From contig DASXUT010000144.1 in the NCBI GenBank assembly GCA_036504675.1, positions 1 to 61,124 of the forward strand: a DNA stretch of 61,124 nucleotides. The letters are read 5' to 3'. Of this stretch, positions 35,660 through 48,631 are shown one piece after another. The position numbers and the translations under genes were made by a program. How positions within the stretch are numbered: position 1 is the stretch's first letter; every line of letters begins with the position of its first letter. The notes under the pieces are model-generated. The model did no database searches and was not told where the DNA came from. It worked only from the letters and a program-made list of their open reading frames with translations. Origin of the DNA: Bacillota bacterium (GTDB lineage Bacteria; Bacillota; Sulfobacillia; JAJYWN01; JAJZPE01).

Positions 35660-37237
35660 TCAGACCGGGAGGTTGCCGTGTTTTTTGGGCGGCCGAGTCT
35701 CCCGCTTGGAACTGAAGACTTCCAGCGCGGCCGCCAAGGCCGCCCGCGTCCGCCGCGGGTCTATGACCGCGTCGATGTAACCCCGGGCCGCCGCCACATA
35801 CGGGTGATGGAGCTTCTCGCGGTACTCCTCGATCTTCTGGCGACGAGTCTCGGGGGGGTTCGGCGACGAGGCGATGTCGTCTCTGAAGATGATGTTGGCC
35901 GCGCCCTCGGGTCCCATCACGGCAATCTCCGCCTGCGGCCAGGCGAAGGCCTGGTCGGCTCCGAGGGACCGGCTGCACATGGCCAGATAGGCCCCGCCGT
36001 AGGCTTTCCGGAGGACCACGGTCAGCTTGGGGACGGTTGCTTCAGAGTAAGCATAGAGCAGCTTCGCGCCGTGGCGGATGATCCCGCCGTACTCCTGATC
36101 CGTCCCCGGGAGATAGCCCGGCGTGTCGACCAGGGTCAGCAGGGGCACATTGAAGGCGTCGCAGAACCGGACGAAGCGCGAAGCCTTGTCCGAGGCGTTG
36201 ATGTCGATGCAGCCGGCCAGCACCTTGGGCTGGTTGGCGATGATCCCGATGGGGCGCCCACCGAGCCTGGCGAATCCGGTAACCATGTTGGTCGCCCAAT
36301 AGGGCTGGGACTCGAAGAAATCGCCATCATCGATGATGGGGACGATAACGTCCCGAACGTCGTAGGCCTTGTTCGGGTCGTCCGGGATCACCGCCAGGAG
36401 GCTTTCCCCCACCCGGTCGACGGGGTCGGCGGTCGGTGAGGCCGGCGGATCGCCGAGGTTGTTCGGGGGCAGGAAGCTCAGGAGCCTCTTCACCAGAGCC
36501 AGGCAGTCGTCCTCACTCTGGGCGTAGAAATGAGCCACCCCGCTGATCTGGTTGTGGGTCAGGGCCCCGCCCAGCTGATCGGCCGAGACCTCCTCACCGG
36601 TCACCGCCTTGATCACCTGTGGCCCGGTGATGAACATCTGGCTGGTCTGGTCGACCATGAAGACGAAGTCGGTCAGGGCCGGGGAGTAAACCGCTCCGCC
36701 GGCGCAGGGTCCGAGGATGACCGAAAGTTGCGGGATGACCCCCGAGTTGAGGGTGTTGCGGTAGAAGATGCTGCCGTACCCGTTGAGAGCGTCGACGCCC
36801 TCCTGGATCCTGGCCCCGCCTGAATCGTTCAGGCCGATGAACGGCACGCCCGCCTTGGCCGCAAGGTCCATGGCCTTGCAGATCTTGGCCGCGTGCATCT
36901 CCCCGAGCGTGCCGCCGATGACCGTGAAGTCCTGAGCGAAGGCAAAGGCGGGCCGGCCGTCAATCGTTCCATGACCGGTGACCACGCCTTCGGCCGGGGC
37001 CTCGATCCCGGTCATGCCGAACTCGGTCGCCCGGTGCCTGACGAACAGGTCGAGCTCGTTGAAGGTGCCCGGGTCGAAGAGGCGGTCGAGGCGTTCACGG
37101 GCGGTCAGCTTGCCCGCCTCGTGCTGACGCTCAACCCGCTTGGGGCCGCCGCCGGCCCGGGCCACAGCCTCCCGTCTTTCCAGGTCCTCCAGCTTGGCCG
37201 GCCGGTCGGCCCGGTCCGCCTTGACGACATCAGCCAT
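35660..37237 (-). CDS. Methylmalonyl-CoA/propionyl-CoA carboxyltransferase (12S / PccB / MmdA family)
   Basis: Two crotonase-like halves: GKLTARERLD, GGARIQEG, CFGGAAY-like VILGPCAGGAVYSPALTD, and TVVLRKAYGGAYLAM. Confidence 0.92.
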   Translation of the reverse strand: MADVVKADRADRPAKLEDLERREAVARAGGGPKRVERQHEAGKLTARERLDRLFDPGTFNELDLFVRHRATEFGMTGIEAPAEGVVTGHGTIDGRPAFAFAQDFTVIGGTLGEMHAAKICKAMDLAAKAGVPFIGLNDSGGARIQEGVDALNGYGSIFYRNTLNSGVIPQLSVILGPCAGGAVYSPALTDFVFMVDQTSQMFITGPQVIKAVTGEEVSADQLGGALTHNQISGVAHFYAQSEDDCLALVKRLLSFLPPNNLGDPPASPTADPVDRVGESLLAVIPDDPNKAYDVRDVIVPIIDDGDFFESQPYWATNMVTGFARLGGRPIGIIANQPKVLAGCIDINASDKASRFVRFCDAFNVPLLTLVDTPGYLPGTDQEYGGIIRHGAKLLYAYSEATVPKLTVVLRKAYGGAYLAMCSRSLGADQAFAWPQAEIAVMGPEGAANIIFRDDIASSPNPPETRRQKIEEYREKLHHPYVAAARGYIDAVIDPRRTRAALAAALEVFSSKRETRPPKKHGNLPV

Positions 37238-37661
37238 GCTTCTCGTTCCCCCCGGTCCGCTCTACGAACTCGATCAAGACTCCGCCCGTGCTCTTGGGAT
37301 GAACGAAGGCGACCAGCGTCCCGGAGGCGCCGGGCCGGGGCCGCTCGTCGAGGAGCCGGACCCCCCGCTCCTTGGCCCGCCGCAGGGTCGCCTCGAGGTC
37401 ATCGACGCCGATGGCGATGTGTTGCAGCCCCTCTCCCCTGGATTCGAGGAACTTGGCCACCGGGCTTTCGGGCCCGGTCGGCTCCATCAACTCGATCCGT
37501 GATTCCCCTAAGGGTAGCATAGCCACTTTGACCTTCTGATCGGCAACCGTTTCCACGTGCGTGACCTCGAGGCCCAGGGCCTCCCGATAGAACCCGAGGG
37601 CCTGGTCGATGGAGTGAACCGCCACTCCCAGGTGGTCAATCCGCTTGATCAACCGTTCCAC
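37230..37661 (-). CDS. mce: Methylmalonyl-CoA epimerase (VOC/glyoxalase fold)
   Basis: IDHLGVAV, RIELMEP, GLQHIAIGVDD and GVLIEFVE. Confidence 0.88.
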   Translation of the reverse strand: MERLIKRIDHLGVAVHSIDQALGFYREALGLEVTHVETVADQKVKVAMLPLGESRIELMEPTGPESPVAKFLESRGEGLQHIAIGVDDLEATLRRAKERGVRLLDERPRPGASGTLVAFVHPKSTGGVLIEFVERTGGNEKHG

Positions 37662-37745
37662 CTCCGCATGGTCATGCCCGCGGACGGACGCCGCGGGCGG
37701 TGCCCCTAATCACAAGTCTTAAGACTAACTCCTAGTATCCCAGGA

Positions 37746-38239
37746 TTATGGTTCAACGTCCCGCCCCGATTCCCTCTCGGCCCCAACCATTTTCCGGATG
37801 AACTCGACCACTTTGGCCGTGGGCGTGCCCGGTCCGAAGAGCTCGGCGATGCCCTGCCGCTTGAGCTCCGGTACATCCTCGGTCGGGATGATCCCCCCGC
37901 CGATGACCAGCACGTCGCCCAAACCCTTGCGGCGGAGGGCCTCGACGACCCGCGGAAAGAGGTGGCGATGGGCGCCGGAAAGGATTGACAGCCCCACCAC
38001 GTCGACGTCTTCCTGCAAGGCCGCCTCAGCGATCTGCTCGGGGGTCTGCCGGAGGCCGGTGTAGATGACTTCCATCCCGGCGTCCCGTAAGGCCCGGGCG
38101 ATCACCTTGGCCCCCCGGTCGTGGCCGTCCAAGCCCGGCTTGGCCACCAGCACCCTGATCTTCTCCTGTGCCACAGGCCTCAACTCCACATAATTAGTGT
38201 TATGTACCCAGGCTCCGCCCCGCCGGCCCGTCGCCCGGA

Positions 38240-38243
<4 letters not shown>
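37746..38243 (-). CDS. Methylmalonyl-CoA mutase, B12-binding small subunit
   Basis: [36 protein letters not shown] contains the DxHxxG cobalamin motif. A GTGA overlap links it to the large subunit. The N-terminus is uncertain. Confidence 0.9.
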
Positions 38244-39976
<1,733 letters not shown>

Positions 39977-40017
39977 ACGCTTCCCTCCTTGTCAATCCCT
40001 TATGACCATGATTCCCC

Positions 40018-40060
40018 GTAAAAGCCCGGCCCCGCTGCCCAAGAGCGCGGCGGGGCCGGG
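40018..40060 (-). terminator. Intrinsic terminator after gdh
   Basis: cccggccccgc / gcggggccggg stem followed by cuuuu on the minus strand. Confidence 0.7.
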
Positions 40061-40105
40061 TTGCCTGCTTCGTCTAGTGCGGCGGCGAGTGGTGGAGTGG
40101 GTCGA

Positions 40106-41356
40106 TCAATGCAGCCAGCCGCGGACGCGCATGGCCTGGGCGACCCGGTCGACGGCGACCATGAAGGCCGCCTGCCGCATGTCGACATTCTGCTTCTGGT
40201 GCATGTTGAAGACGGAGTTGAACGACTCGATCATCATCCGCTCGAGCCGCTGGTTGACTTCCTCTTCGGTCCAGTAGAAGCTCATCAGGTTCTGGACCCA
40301 TTCGAAGTAGGAGACGGTGACGCCGCCGGCCGACGCCAGGATGTCGGGAATGACGAAGATGCCCCGCTTGAAGAGGATCTCGTTGGCCTCTGGGGTGGTC
40401 GGCCCGTTGGCGGCCTCGCCGATGATCTTGGCCTTGACGTTCGGAGCGATGGCCGCGGTGATCTGGTTCTCCAGGGCCGCCGGGATGAGGATGTCGACAT
40501 CCAACGTCAAAAGGGCCTCGTTGGAGATGTCCTCTGTCCCGGGGGCGCCCTTGACCGAGCCGGTCTTGTCCTTCCAGGCCAGGATGGCCTTGAGGTCGAG
40601 GCCGTGAAGGTTGTAGGCGCCGCCCTTGGAGTCGTTGACCGCGACGACCTTGGCCCCGAGGTCGCTCATGAGCTGGGCGGCAAAGCTGCCGGCGTTGCCG
40701 AAGCCTTCGACGGCGACCTTGGCCCCCTTGGGGTTGATCCCGAGCTTCTGGGCCGCTTCCTTGATGACGAAGACGCAGCCGCGGGCGGTGGCCGTGTTCC
40801 GGCCGGCGGAACCGCCGATGATCAAAGGCTTGCCGGTCATCAGGCCGAAGTTGTTGTACTGCCGGATCTTCGAGAACTCGTCGACCATCCAGGCCATGAT
40901 CTGCGGGTTGGTATAGACGTCGGGAGCCGGGACGTCCCTCTCCGGCCCGATCAGCGGGGCGACCTTGTCGACCCAACCACGGCTGAGTCGCTCCAGTTCT
41001 CGCTGGGACAGCTCCTTGGGGTTGACTCTGATGCCGCCCTTGCCGCCGCCGTATGGCAGGCCGAGGACGGCGCATTTGAAGGTCATCCACATGGAGAGGG
41101 CCTTGACCTCATCGACATGCACGGCTGGGTGGAAACGAAGGCCGCCCTTGGTGGGGCCGGGGGCGTCGTTGTGCAACGACCGCCAGCCGCTGAACACCTT
41201 GACGGTCCCGTCGTCCATGGTCACGGGGATGGCCACCTCGATGACCCTCAGGGGCTGCTTGAGGAGCTCATACGCGGCAGGCTCGAGTTTCAAGGCATCG
41301 CAGGCCTTCTTGATCTGCTGCTGGACGATGATAAACGGGTTCATGGTCTCGCTCAT
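40106..41356 (-). CDS. gdhA: Glutamate dehydrogenase (Glu/Leu/Phe/Val dehydrogenase family)
   Basis: LPYGGGKGGI (catalytic Lys region) and GFGNAG (Rossmann). Start set to the ATG at 41356, which has a gggggga SD. Confidence 0.9.
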   Translation of the reverse strand: MSETMNPFIIVQQQIKKACDALKLEPAAYELLKQPLRVIEVAIPVTMDDGTVKVFSGWRSLHNDAPGPTKGGLRFHPAVHVDEVKALSMWMTFKCAVLGLPYGGGKGGIRVNPKELSQRELERLSRGWVDKVAPLIGPERDVPAPDVYTNPQIMAWMVDEFSKIRQYNNFGLMTGKPLIIGGSAGRNTATARGCVFVIKEAAQKLGINPKGAKVAVEGFGNAGSFAAQLMSDLGAKVVAVNDSKGGAYNLHGLDLKAILAWKDKTGSVKGAPGTEDISNEALLTLDVDILIPAALENQITAAIAPNVKAKIIGEAANGPTTPEANEILFKRGIFVIPDILASAGGVTVSYFEWVQNLMSFYWTEEEVNQRLERMMIESFNSVFNMHQKQNVDMRQAAFMVAVDRVAQAMRVRGWLH

Positions 41357-41411
41357 TTGGACAGTTCCCCCCAAATCATCAGTCTGCTGCTAAGTCTATA
41401 GGCTGCGTCCC

Positions 41412-41978
41412 TTACCGCGATGGTCGCGCGACCCGGCGGATTATCTCGTCTCCGGCGGCCAACCCCGCTTCCAGGGCTCGCCGGTTCAAGTCCTCGGTGC
41501 CCTTCGGGACGCGGCTCAATACGGCCTGCTCGATGGCCGGTCGGGAGACCACGCCGGTGAGGGCGGTGACGGTTCCGAGAGCGACGATGTTGGCGACGAT
41601 GTCCCGCTTGAAGGCCTCCCGGGCGATCCCAGTGATGGGTACGGAATAGGCCTTTCCGTCGATCTTCGGGATTTCCTTCACAAATGTTTCGTCGACGATC
41701 AACGTCCCGCCCGGGGCCAGGGACGGAGCGTACTTCTCACAGGCCTCCGGGTTCATCGCCAGGAGGATCTGAGGCCTCTGGACCTCCGGGTAATCGATGT
41801 TCCCCTCGTCCAGGATGACCTCGGCCTTGGAGGCTCCGCCCCGCGATTCGGGGCCGTAGGATTGGGTCTGGACGGCGTTCTTGCCGTCATAGATGGCCGC
41901 CGCTTCGGCCAGGATGATCCCGGCCAGGATGATCCCCTGACCGCCCTCGCCGGACAGCCTGATTTCGACCCGGGCCAT
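41412..41978 (-). CDS. korC: 2-oxoglutarate:ferredoxin oxidoreductase gamma subunit
   Basis: RLSGEGGQGIILAGIILAEAA and SYGPESRGG. Confidence 0.88.
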   Translation of the reverse strand: MARVEIRLSGEGGQGIILAGIILAEAAAIYDGKNAVQTQSYGPESRGGASKAEVILDEGNIDYPEVQRPQILLAMNPEACEKYAPSLAPGGTLIVDETFVKEIPKIDGKAYSVPITGIAREAFKRDIVANIVALGTVTALTGVVSRPAIEQAVLSRVPKGTEDLNRRALEAGLAAGDEIIRRVARPSR

Positions 41979-41979
41979 C

Positions 41980-42795
41980 TCACCGCCCCCCCTTCAACCG
42001 CTCGGAGAGTCTGGCGTACTCCTCCGTGTACTCGGGGGCCTCGGTCTCGAAGTACTTGCCGATGATGAACTTGCCGGCCATCTCTTCCGGGGACAGGGCG
42101 GCCGCCTTCTCCGCCGTCACGGCGTGGGTCCGCTGCCATTCCAGCATGTCCGGGGCGGTCCCGATCTTGTTCCGCCGTCCATAATAGGTGGGACATTGGC
42201 TGACCGCCTCGACGAAGGAGAAACCCTTGTGTTTGATGGCCTGCTCGATCAGGCCCGAGAGAGCCCGGGCATAGTAAGCCGCCCCGCGGGCTACGAAAGT
42301 CGCCCCGGCCGCCCGGGTCAGGTCACAGAGGTCGAAGTTGCGCTCGATGTTCCCGAAAGGGGCCGTCGTGGCCACTTTGCCGGTCGGCGTCATCGGCGAG
42401 CACTGCCCGCTGGTCATCCCGTAGATCTCGTTGTTGAAGCAGACCGTGGTGAGGTCGATATTCCGGCGACAGGCATGAATCAGGTGGTTGCCACCGATGG
42501 CCGCCAGGTCACCATCACCGGCGACGACGATCACTCTCAAGTCGGGGCGGGCCAGCTTCAACCCGGTAGCGAAAGCCAGGGCCCGGCCGTGGGTCGTATG
42601 CAGGGTGTTGAAATCCAGGTATCCCGGGGCTCGAGAGGCGCAGCCGATGCCCGAGACCACGGCCACCTTATCCTTGTCCAGGCTCAAGCGGTCGATGGCC
42701 CGGACGACGGCCCCGAGGACGATCCCGTGGCCGCAGCCGGGACACCAGAGGTGGGGCATGTGGTTGGTCCGGAAGTAGGTCGAGAGGTCGGGCAC
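41980..42795 (-). CDS. korB: 2-oxoglutarate:ferredoxin oxidoreductase beta (TPP-binding) subunit
   Basis: WCPGCGHG and GDGD...IGGNH. Typical KorB length. Confidence 0.9.
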   Translation of the reverse strand: MPDLSTYFRTNHMPHLWCPGCGHGIVLGAVVRAIDRLSLDKDKVAVVSGIGCASRAPGYLDFNTLHTTHGRALAFATGLKLARPDLRVIVVAGDGDLAAIGGNHLIHACRRNIDLTTVCFNNEIYGMTSGQCSPMTPTGKVATTAPFGNIERNFDLCDLTRAAGATFVARGAAYYARALSGLIEQAIKHKGFSFVEAVSQCPTYYGRRNKIGTAPDMLEWQRTHAVTAEKAAALSPEEMAGKFIIGKYFETEAPEYTEEYARLSERLKGGR

Positions 42796-42797
42796 GG

Positions 42798-43958
42798 TCA
42801 GGCCTCCTCGCTTATCCTGGCGAGGATCTCGTCAGGGGTAAAGAGTTCGGTGTCGACTCGGGCGAAGGGAACCACCCGTGCCGCTCCGTGGAGAGCCCGC
42901 TCGACCTCGCGGGAGACCTGGCCAAGGTTCATCTCTGGAACGATGAAGACCCGGCCGGTGTTGGCCGTCTCTTGAATGACCTCGTCGGCGAACGGCCAGA
43001 TGGTCACCAGGCGGAGGAGCCCGGCCTTGATTCCCCGGGCCCGCGCCTCGCGGACGGCGCTCACGGCCGGCCTGGCCGTGCAGCCATAGGCGACCACGAC
43101 GACCTCGGCGTCGCTCAGGCTTTCCCGAGCGACCTGGATGATCTCCGATCGCCTGGTCTCGATCTTGGCATTGATCCGCCGGAGGAGGAAATCCGATTCC
43201 GCGTGGTCGCCCGTGGGGAACCCATCGAGGCCGTGGAAGAGAGCGGTCACGTGATACCGGTACCCATCCCCGAAGTCGGCCATCGGGGGGATGTAGCCCT
43301 CCTGTCCCTCGTCACCGGGGGCCGGGCCATACGCCAGGTACTCATCCGCGTCGACTGTCGGCCGGCGCCGGTCGACGACCTCAATCGAGGCCGGGTCGGG
43401 CAACTCGACCTTTTCGCGCATGTGGGCGATGACCTCATCGGACAGCAGGATGACCGGGGTCCGCAGCTTCTCGGCCAAGTTGAAAGCCCTGACCGTCAGG
43501 TCAAAGGTCTCCCTGACGGACCAGGGGCTTAGGACCACCGCGGGATGGTCACCGTGGGTCCCCCACCTCGCCGCCATCACATCACCCTGGCCCGGCGAGG
43601 TAGGCTGCCCGGTGCTCGGACCGAACCGCTGGACGTCCACGATGACGCACGGGACTTCGGTCACCGCGGCGAAGCCGATGTTCTCTTGCTTCAGGGAGAA
43701 GCCCGGCCCGCTGGTGGCGGTCATCGCCTTGCGCCCGCCAAGGGAAGCCCCGATGACCGCGGCCATGCTCCCAATCTCATCCTCCATCTGGATGAACCGG
43801 CCGCCGATTCTTGGTAAACGCTCGCTCATCAGCTCGGCGATCTCGGTCGACGGGGTGATCGGGTATCCGGCGTAGAACCGGCACCCGGCGGCGATGGCTC
43901 CTTCGACGCAGGCTTCGTTCCCCTGCATCAACCTGATGCGGCTGCGCTCAGGATTCAT
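42798..43958 (-). CDS. korA: 2-oxoglutarate:ferredoxin oxidoreductase alpha subunit
   Basis: Trimmed to the ATG at 43958 (MNPERSRIRLMQGNEACVEGAIAAG). Contains YPITPSTEI. Confidence 0.9.
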   Translation of the reverse strand: MNPERSRIRLMQGNEACVEGAIAAGCRFYAGYPITPSTEIAELMSERLPRIGGRFIQMEDEIGSMAAVIGASLGGRKAMTATSGPGFSLKQENIGFAAVTEVPCVIVDVQRFGPSTGQPTSPGQGDVMAARWGTHGDHPAVVLSPWSVRETFDLTVRAFNLAEKLRTPVILLSDEVIAHMREKVELPDPASIEVVDRRRPTVDADEYLAYGPAPGDEGQEGYIPPMADFGDGYRYHVTALFHGLDGFPTGDHAESDFLLRRINAKIETRRSEIIQVARESLSDAEVVVVAYGCTARPAVSAVREARARGIKAGLLRLVTIWPFADEVIQETANTGRVFIVPEMNLGQVSREVERALHGAARVVPFARVDTELFTPDEILARISEEA

Positions 43959-44211
43959 CCCCGGCACCTCTTTTCTTCGGTCGGGGACTGACCACGGCGG
44001 CGTAGTCGGGGCAAAGGTTCTCGCAGAGTCCACAGCGGGTGCATTCGTCCGGGCGGGCCAGGGCGGGAAACCCGGACGGCCCGGTCTCGAGGGCCTTGAC
44101 CGGGCAGAACCTGACGCAGACTCCGCACTTCTTGCACCATTCTTGGTTGAAGGTCACCGGCAGCGGTTCCACTTTGACCGCCCCGGCGGTCTGGGAAGCC
44201 ACGGTAATCAC
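43948..44211 (-). CDS. korD: 4Fe-4S ferredoxin-type delta subunit of the 2-oxoacid:ferredoxin oxidoreductase
   Basis: Two CxxCxxCxxxCP motifs (CKKCGVCVRFCP and CTRCGLCENLCP). The start codon is uncertain; internal GTGs are possible. Confidence 0.8.
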   Translation of the reverse strand: MITVASQTAGAVKVEPLPVTFNQEWCKKCGVCVRFCPVKALETGPSGFPALARPDECTRCGLCENLCPDYAAVVSPRPKKRGAGDES

Positions 44212-44382
44212 TCACCTCGGTTGGATCAATGTATGCGGCGATTAGAGGGCGTCTGGTGGTGTGTCCACAAAGAAATGACCCGGTTTGGCCGGGCCAGGTG
44301 AACGAATTTCATATCGATCAGCGGCCGCGGTCGGCGTCGGGTATTCCCAGGGCGCTGGTTCCCGGCTTACGCGCTCGCCGGA

Positions 44383-44748
44383 CTATTCCTTCTTCTCGCC
44401 GCCGGTCTCTTGGGCCTCTGCCTTCTTCTCTTCGGCCTTGGCCTCATCCTCATCCTTCTCTTTGGGCCGGTCCGACTTGGGGCCCTCGGTACGGACGTGG
44501 TCGACGCCAGCCTTGGCCATCTCGACCTCGACTCTGTCGGCGATCCTCAACTTGACCCGATCATCCTTGACTTCGGTGACGGTCCCGTACATCCCGCCGA
44601 TGGTCACCACCCGGTCGCCCTTGTGGAGACCGGTCATCATCTGCTGGCGTTTCTTCTGATTGGTCTGCTGAGGCCGGATGATCAGGAAGTAGAACAGGAC
44701 GACCAAGAGTAACAAGGGGAGAAGGCCTGCGAGTTGCTGACTAGTCAT
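44383..44748 (-). CDS. yajC: Preprotein translocase subunit YajC
   Basis: Trimmed to the ATG at 44748, which has an aaggaga SD. Contains FYFLIIRPQQ..KK...M...L.KGDRVVTIGGMYG. Confidence 0.9.
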   Translation of the reverse strand: MTSQQLAGLLPLLLLVVLFYFLIIRPQQTNQKKRQQMMTGLHKGDRVVTIGGMYGTVTEVKDDRVKLRIADRVEVEMAKAGVDHVRTEGPKSDRPKEKDEDEAKAEEKKAEAQETGGEKKE

Positions 44749-44814
44749 CGCTCGTCTCCTTTCGTGTGCCGGGGCACTCATACTGCCATTCGACGCCCAG
44801 GGAAATTCCCCTTC

Positions 44815-45978
<1,164 letters not shown>

Positions 45979-47004
45979 TCATAGGATCAGCATGGCGTCC
46001 CCGAAGCTGAAGAAGCGGTAGCGCCGGGTGACGGCGTCGGCGTAGGCCCGCATGATCAAATCGCGCCCGGCGAAGGCCGAAACCAGAAGGATCAGGGACG
46101 ACTTCGGGAGATGGAAATTAGTGACCATGGCGTCGACCGCCCTGAACCGATAACCCGGATAGATGTACTTGTCGGTCATCCCGGCCGCCGGGCGGACCAG
46201 GCCATCCTCGGCGGCCACCGTCTCCAGGGTCCGAACGGCGGTCGTCCCCACGGCCACCACTCGCCCGCCGTTCCGCCTGGTCGCGTTGACCAGGTCGGCC
46301 GCCTCCGCCCCAAGCTCGAAGTACTCTTCGTGCATCTGGTGCTCCTCGATGACTTCCTCACGGATCGGTCGGAAGGTGCCGAGGCCGATGTGGAGGGTCA
46401 AGTAGGCCGTTCCGACGCCCATCCGGCGGCAACCCTCGAGGAGTTCGGGGGTGAAGTGGAGGCCGGCCGTGGGGGCCGCCGACGCCCCCCTGACCGTGGC
46501 GTAAACGGTCTGGTAGCGCTCGTCGTCGGCCAGCTCCCGGGTGATGTACGGCGGCAGGGGCACCCGGCCGAGGTGGTCCAGGATCTCCTCAAAGATCCCC
46601 TGGTATTCGAACCTGACCAGACGCGCCCCTTCGGCCACCCGGCCTTCGACGACCGCTTCCAGCCTGCCCCCGGCGAAAGAGATCCGGGCTCCCGGTTTCA
46701 GCCGTCGCCCCGGCCGGACCAGGGCCTCCCAGCGGTCCCGGTCGAGCCTCCGGAGGAGCAGCAGCTCGGCCGCCCCCCCGGTGGGTACCCGGCGCCCGAT
46801 CAGCCGGGCCGGGATGACCCGCGTCTGATTGAGCACCAGGCAATCCCCGGACTTCAGGTAACCGGGGAGGTCTCGGAAAATGACGTGTTCGAAACGGCCG
46901 CTTTCCCGGTGGACGACCAAGAGCCGCGAGGCATCCCGCGGCTCGACCGGTTCCTGAGCGATCAGTTCGGGGGGCAAGTCATAATCGAATTCCGCTAGTC
47001 GCAC
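45979..47004 (-). CDS. queA: S-adenosylmethionine:tRNA ribosyltransferase-isomerase
   Basis: [24 protein letters not shown] and [12 protein letters not shown]. Confidence 0.95.
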   Translation of the reverse strand: MRLAEFDYDLPPELIAQEPVEPRDASRLLVVHRESGRFEHVIFRDLPGYLKSGDCLVLNQTRVIPARLIGRRVPTGGAAELLLLRRLDRDRWEALVRPGRRLKPGARISFAGGRLEAVVEGRVAEGARLVRFEYQGIFEEILDHLGRVPLPPYITRELADDERYQTVYATVRGASAAPTAGLHFTPELLEGCRRMGVGTAYLTLHIGLGTFRPIREEVIEEHQMHEEYFELGAEAADLVNATRRNGGRVVAVGTTAVRTLETVAAEDGLVRPAAGMTDKYIYPGYRFRAVDAMVTNFHLPKSSLILLVSAFAGRDLIMRAYADAVTRRYRFFSFGDAMLIL

Positions 47005-47010
47005 GCCGAC

Positions 47011-48588
47011 CTATCTGACCTCCACCTTCACGCCCTGGTAGTAATATTGGAGAATCCGCTGGTAATTATACCCTTTCTGGGCCGCCAGGGCTTGGGCGCC
47101 GGCTTGCGACATCCCGAGCCCGTGGCCATATCCGCGCCCGTCCACCCGGACGCCGGCCGGCACCAGTCGCCGGTTGATGACCACGCCGGCCGCCAACTTG
47201 GCCTGCTTCCCGTCCGCCCCGAGGACGGCCAGGCTGCCGGTAGGCGCCTTGACGGTCACCCCCCCGGCCCCGACGACGACCAACTCGCCCCCCTCGGTCA
47301 GTGGTGACGGGGTATCCTCCCAGTGTTCTAACTGGTTGACCAGGGTGTAGAGAGTGCTCCGGAGGTTGAGGATCCGGCGGAAGTCGTTGGCCTTCATCTC
47401 GGCCGTGCCAAAGCTGCCGGTCAGCCGGACCGAGGTATAACGGCCAGAGACGCCGCGGGTGCCGGCGGGGGCCGCCGCGTACAGTCGGCCTTTGGCATAG
47501 CCACCTTCGTTGACCTTCTTCTCCAGGTCACCGAGGGGGATCTCGGCGGTCCAATCATAGTACTGGTAGCTCTGGTCGAAATCGGGCACCCCACGGAGGT
47601 AAGGGGTGGCGGCGCTGAAGACGATCTCCGCGTTCTCGGTATGCCCGCCGGAGGAGGCATGGAAGAGGGCGTCGGCGACCCACCCGTTGTAGGTGATGAC
47701 CTGGCCGGCAGTGGCTTGGACGGCGGCGTCGGTCCGCGGGTCCTCCCCGTCGATCCCCCCGAAGACCTGGGAGTCGACCGTGGCCAGGAGATCGAAGGCC
47801 TGGTCCGAAGAACCGCCCGAGGACATCTGGTAAAGGGCGTAACTGCGGGCCGCCACGGCCTGGGCTTTCAGCGCTTCCGGGGCCCAACTGGCCGGCATCT
47901 CCCGGGGGACGACCCCGCGAAGGTAATCCTCCAGGGGCAGTTGATCGACGGCCGTCAGCCCCTTGGCGCTGAGGCTGATCCGGAACTCGCCGCGATACGA
48001 CGGGCCGTCGTCGAGCCGCATGAAGGCCACCGGCTGGGGGGCCGTCCCGGCCGGAGAGCCAGGCGGGATCTGAGGCACCGGGGCGACCTGGACGGGACCG
48101 GCGAATGAGCCGAAAGCGCCGGCGCGAATCACCCCGCCGGTCACCGTGAACTCGACCTCCCCCAAAGGCAGGGCCGCAACGACCTGCCCCGTGGCTAGGT
48201 TGACGACCTGGAAAGGCCCGGTGCAGCTGAGCTTGACCGAGGGGCGGTCAACGACCAGGCCGACCCGGATGGTGGGGTTGGACCCGACCGGTTGGCCGAC
48301 GGGTGTGGTCCCCGGCCCGGGCGGCGGGGTCGTCGGCTCGTTGCCGGTCTGAGCCCAGGCGCTCGGGCCGAGGCTGACCAGGATGAGGATCAGGGACAAG
48401 GCGATGAGGCCGGCGAACCTCAGGCGAGAAGGCGGTCTGATCAAAGGGCTCTCCTTCCGGCTTTTCGACGTGACCCCCGACGAAGGGCCAGGTTTCGACG
48501 GCCCGACCGTCTTCTTCGACCAGGGCACCGCCATTCCCTGCCGCTTAGGTCCACGCCGCCCAACTCCACTTCCCCCGGACGCGCGCAT
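47011..48588 (-). CDS. spoIID: SpoIID/LytB-domain protein (lytic transglycosylase / amidase enhancer family)
   Basis: YLRGVVPREMPASW..EALKAQAVAARSYAL and FHASSGGHTENAE. Start moved to the ATG at 48588 (alternative 48534) to clear the rsgI 3' end. Confidence 0.85.
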   Translation of the reverse strand: MRASGGSGVGRRGPKRQGMAVPWSKKTVGPSKPGPSSGVTSKSRKESPLIRPPSRLRFAGLIALSLILILVSLGPSAWAQTGNEPTTPPPGPGTTPVGQPVGSNPTIRVGLVVDRPSVKLSCTGPFQVVNLATGQVVAALPLGEVEFTVTGGVIRAGAFGSFAGPVQVAPVPQIPPGSPAGTAPQPVAFMRLDDGPSYRGEFRISLSAKGLTAVDQLPLEDYLRGVVPREMPASWAPEALKAQAVAARSYALYQMSSGGSSDQAFDLLATVDSQVFGGIDGEDPRTDAAVQATAGQVITYNGWVADALFHASSGGHTENAEIVFSAATPYLRGVPDFDQSYQYYDWTAEIPLGDLEKKVNEGGYAKGRLYAAAPAGTRGVSGRYTSVRLTGSFGTAEMKANDFRRILNLRSTLYTLVNQLEHWEDTPSPLTEGGELVVVGAGGVTVKAPTGSLAVLGADGKQAKLAAGVVINRRLVPAGVRVDGRGYGHGLGMSQAGAQALAAQKGYNYQRILQYYYQGVKVEVR

Positions 48589-48631
48589 GGCAAAGGCCGC
48601 GCCCACCGGCGCGGCCCCATCAGCCAACGGG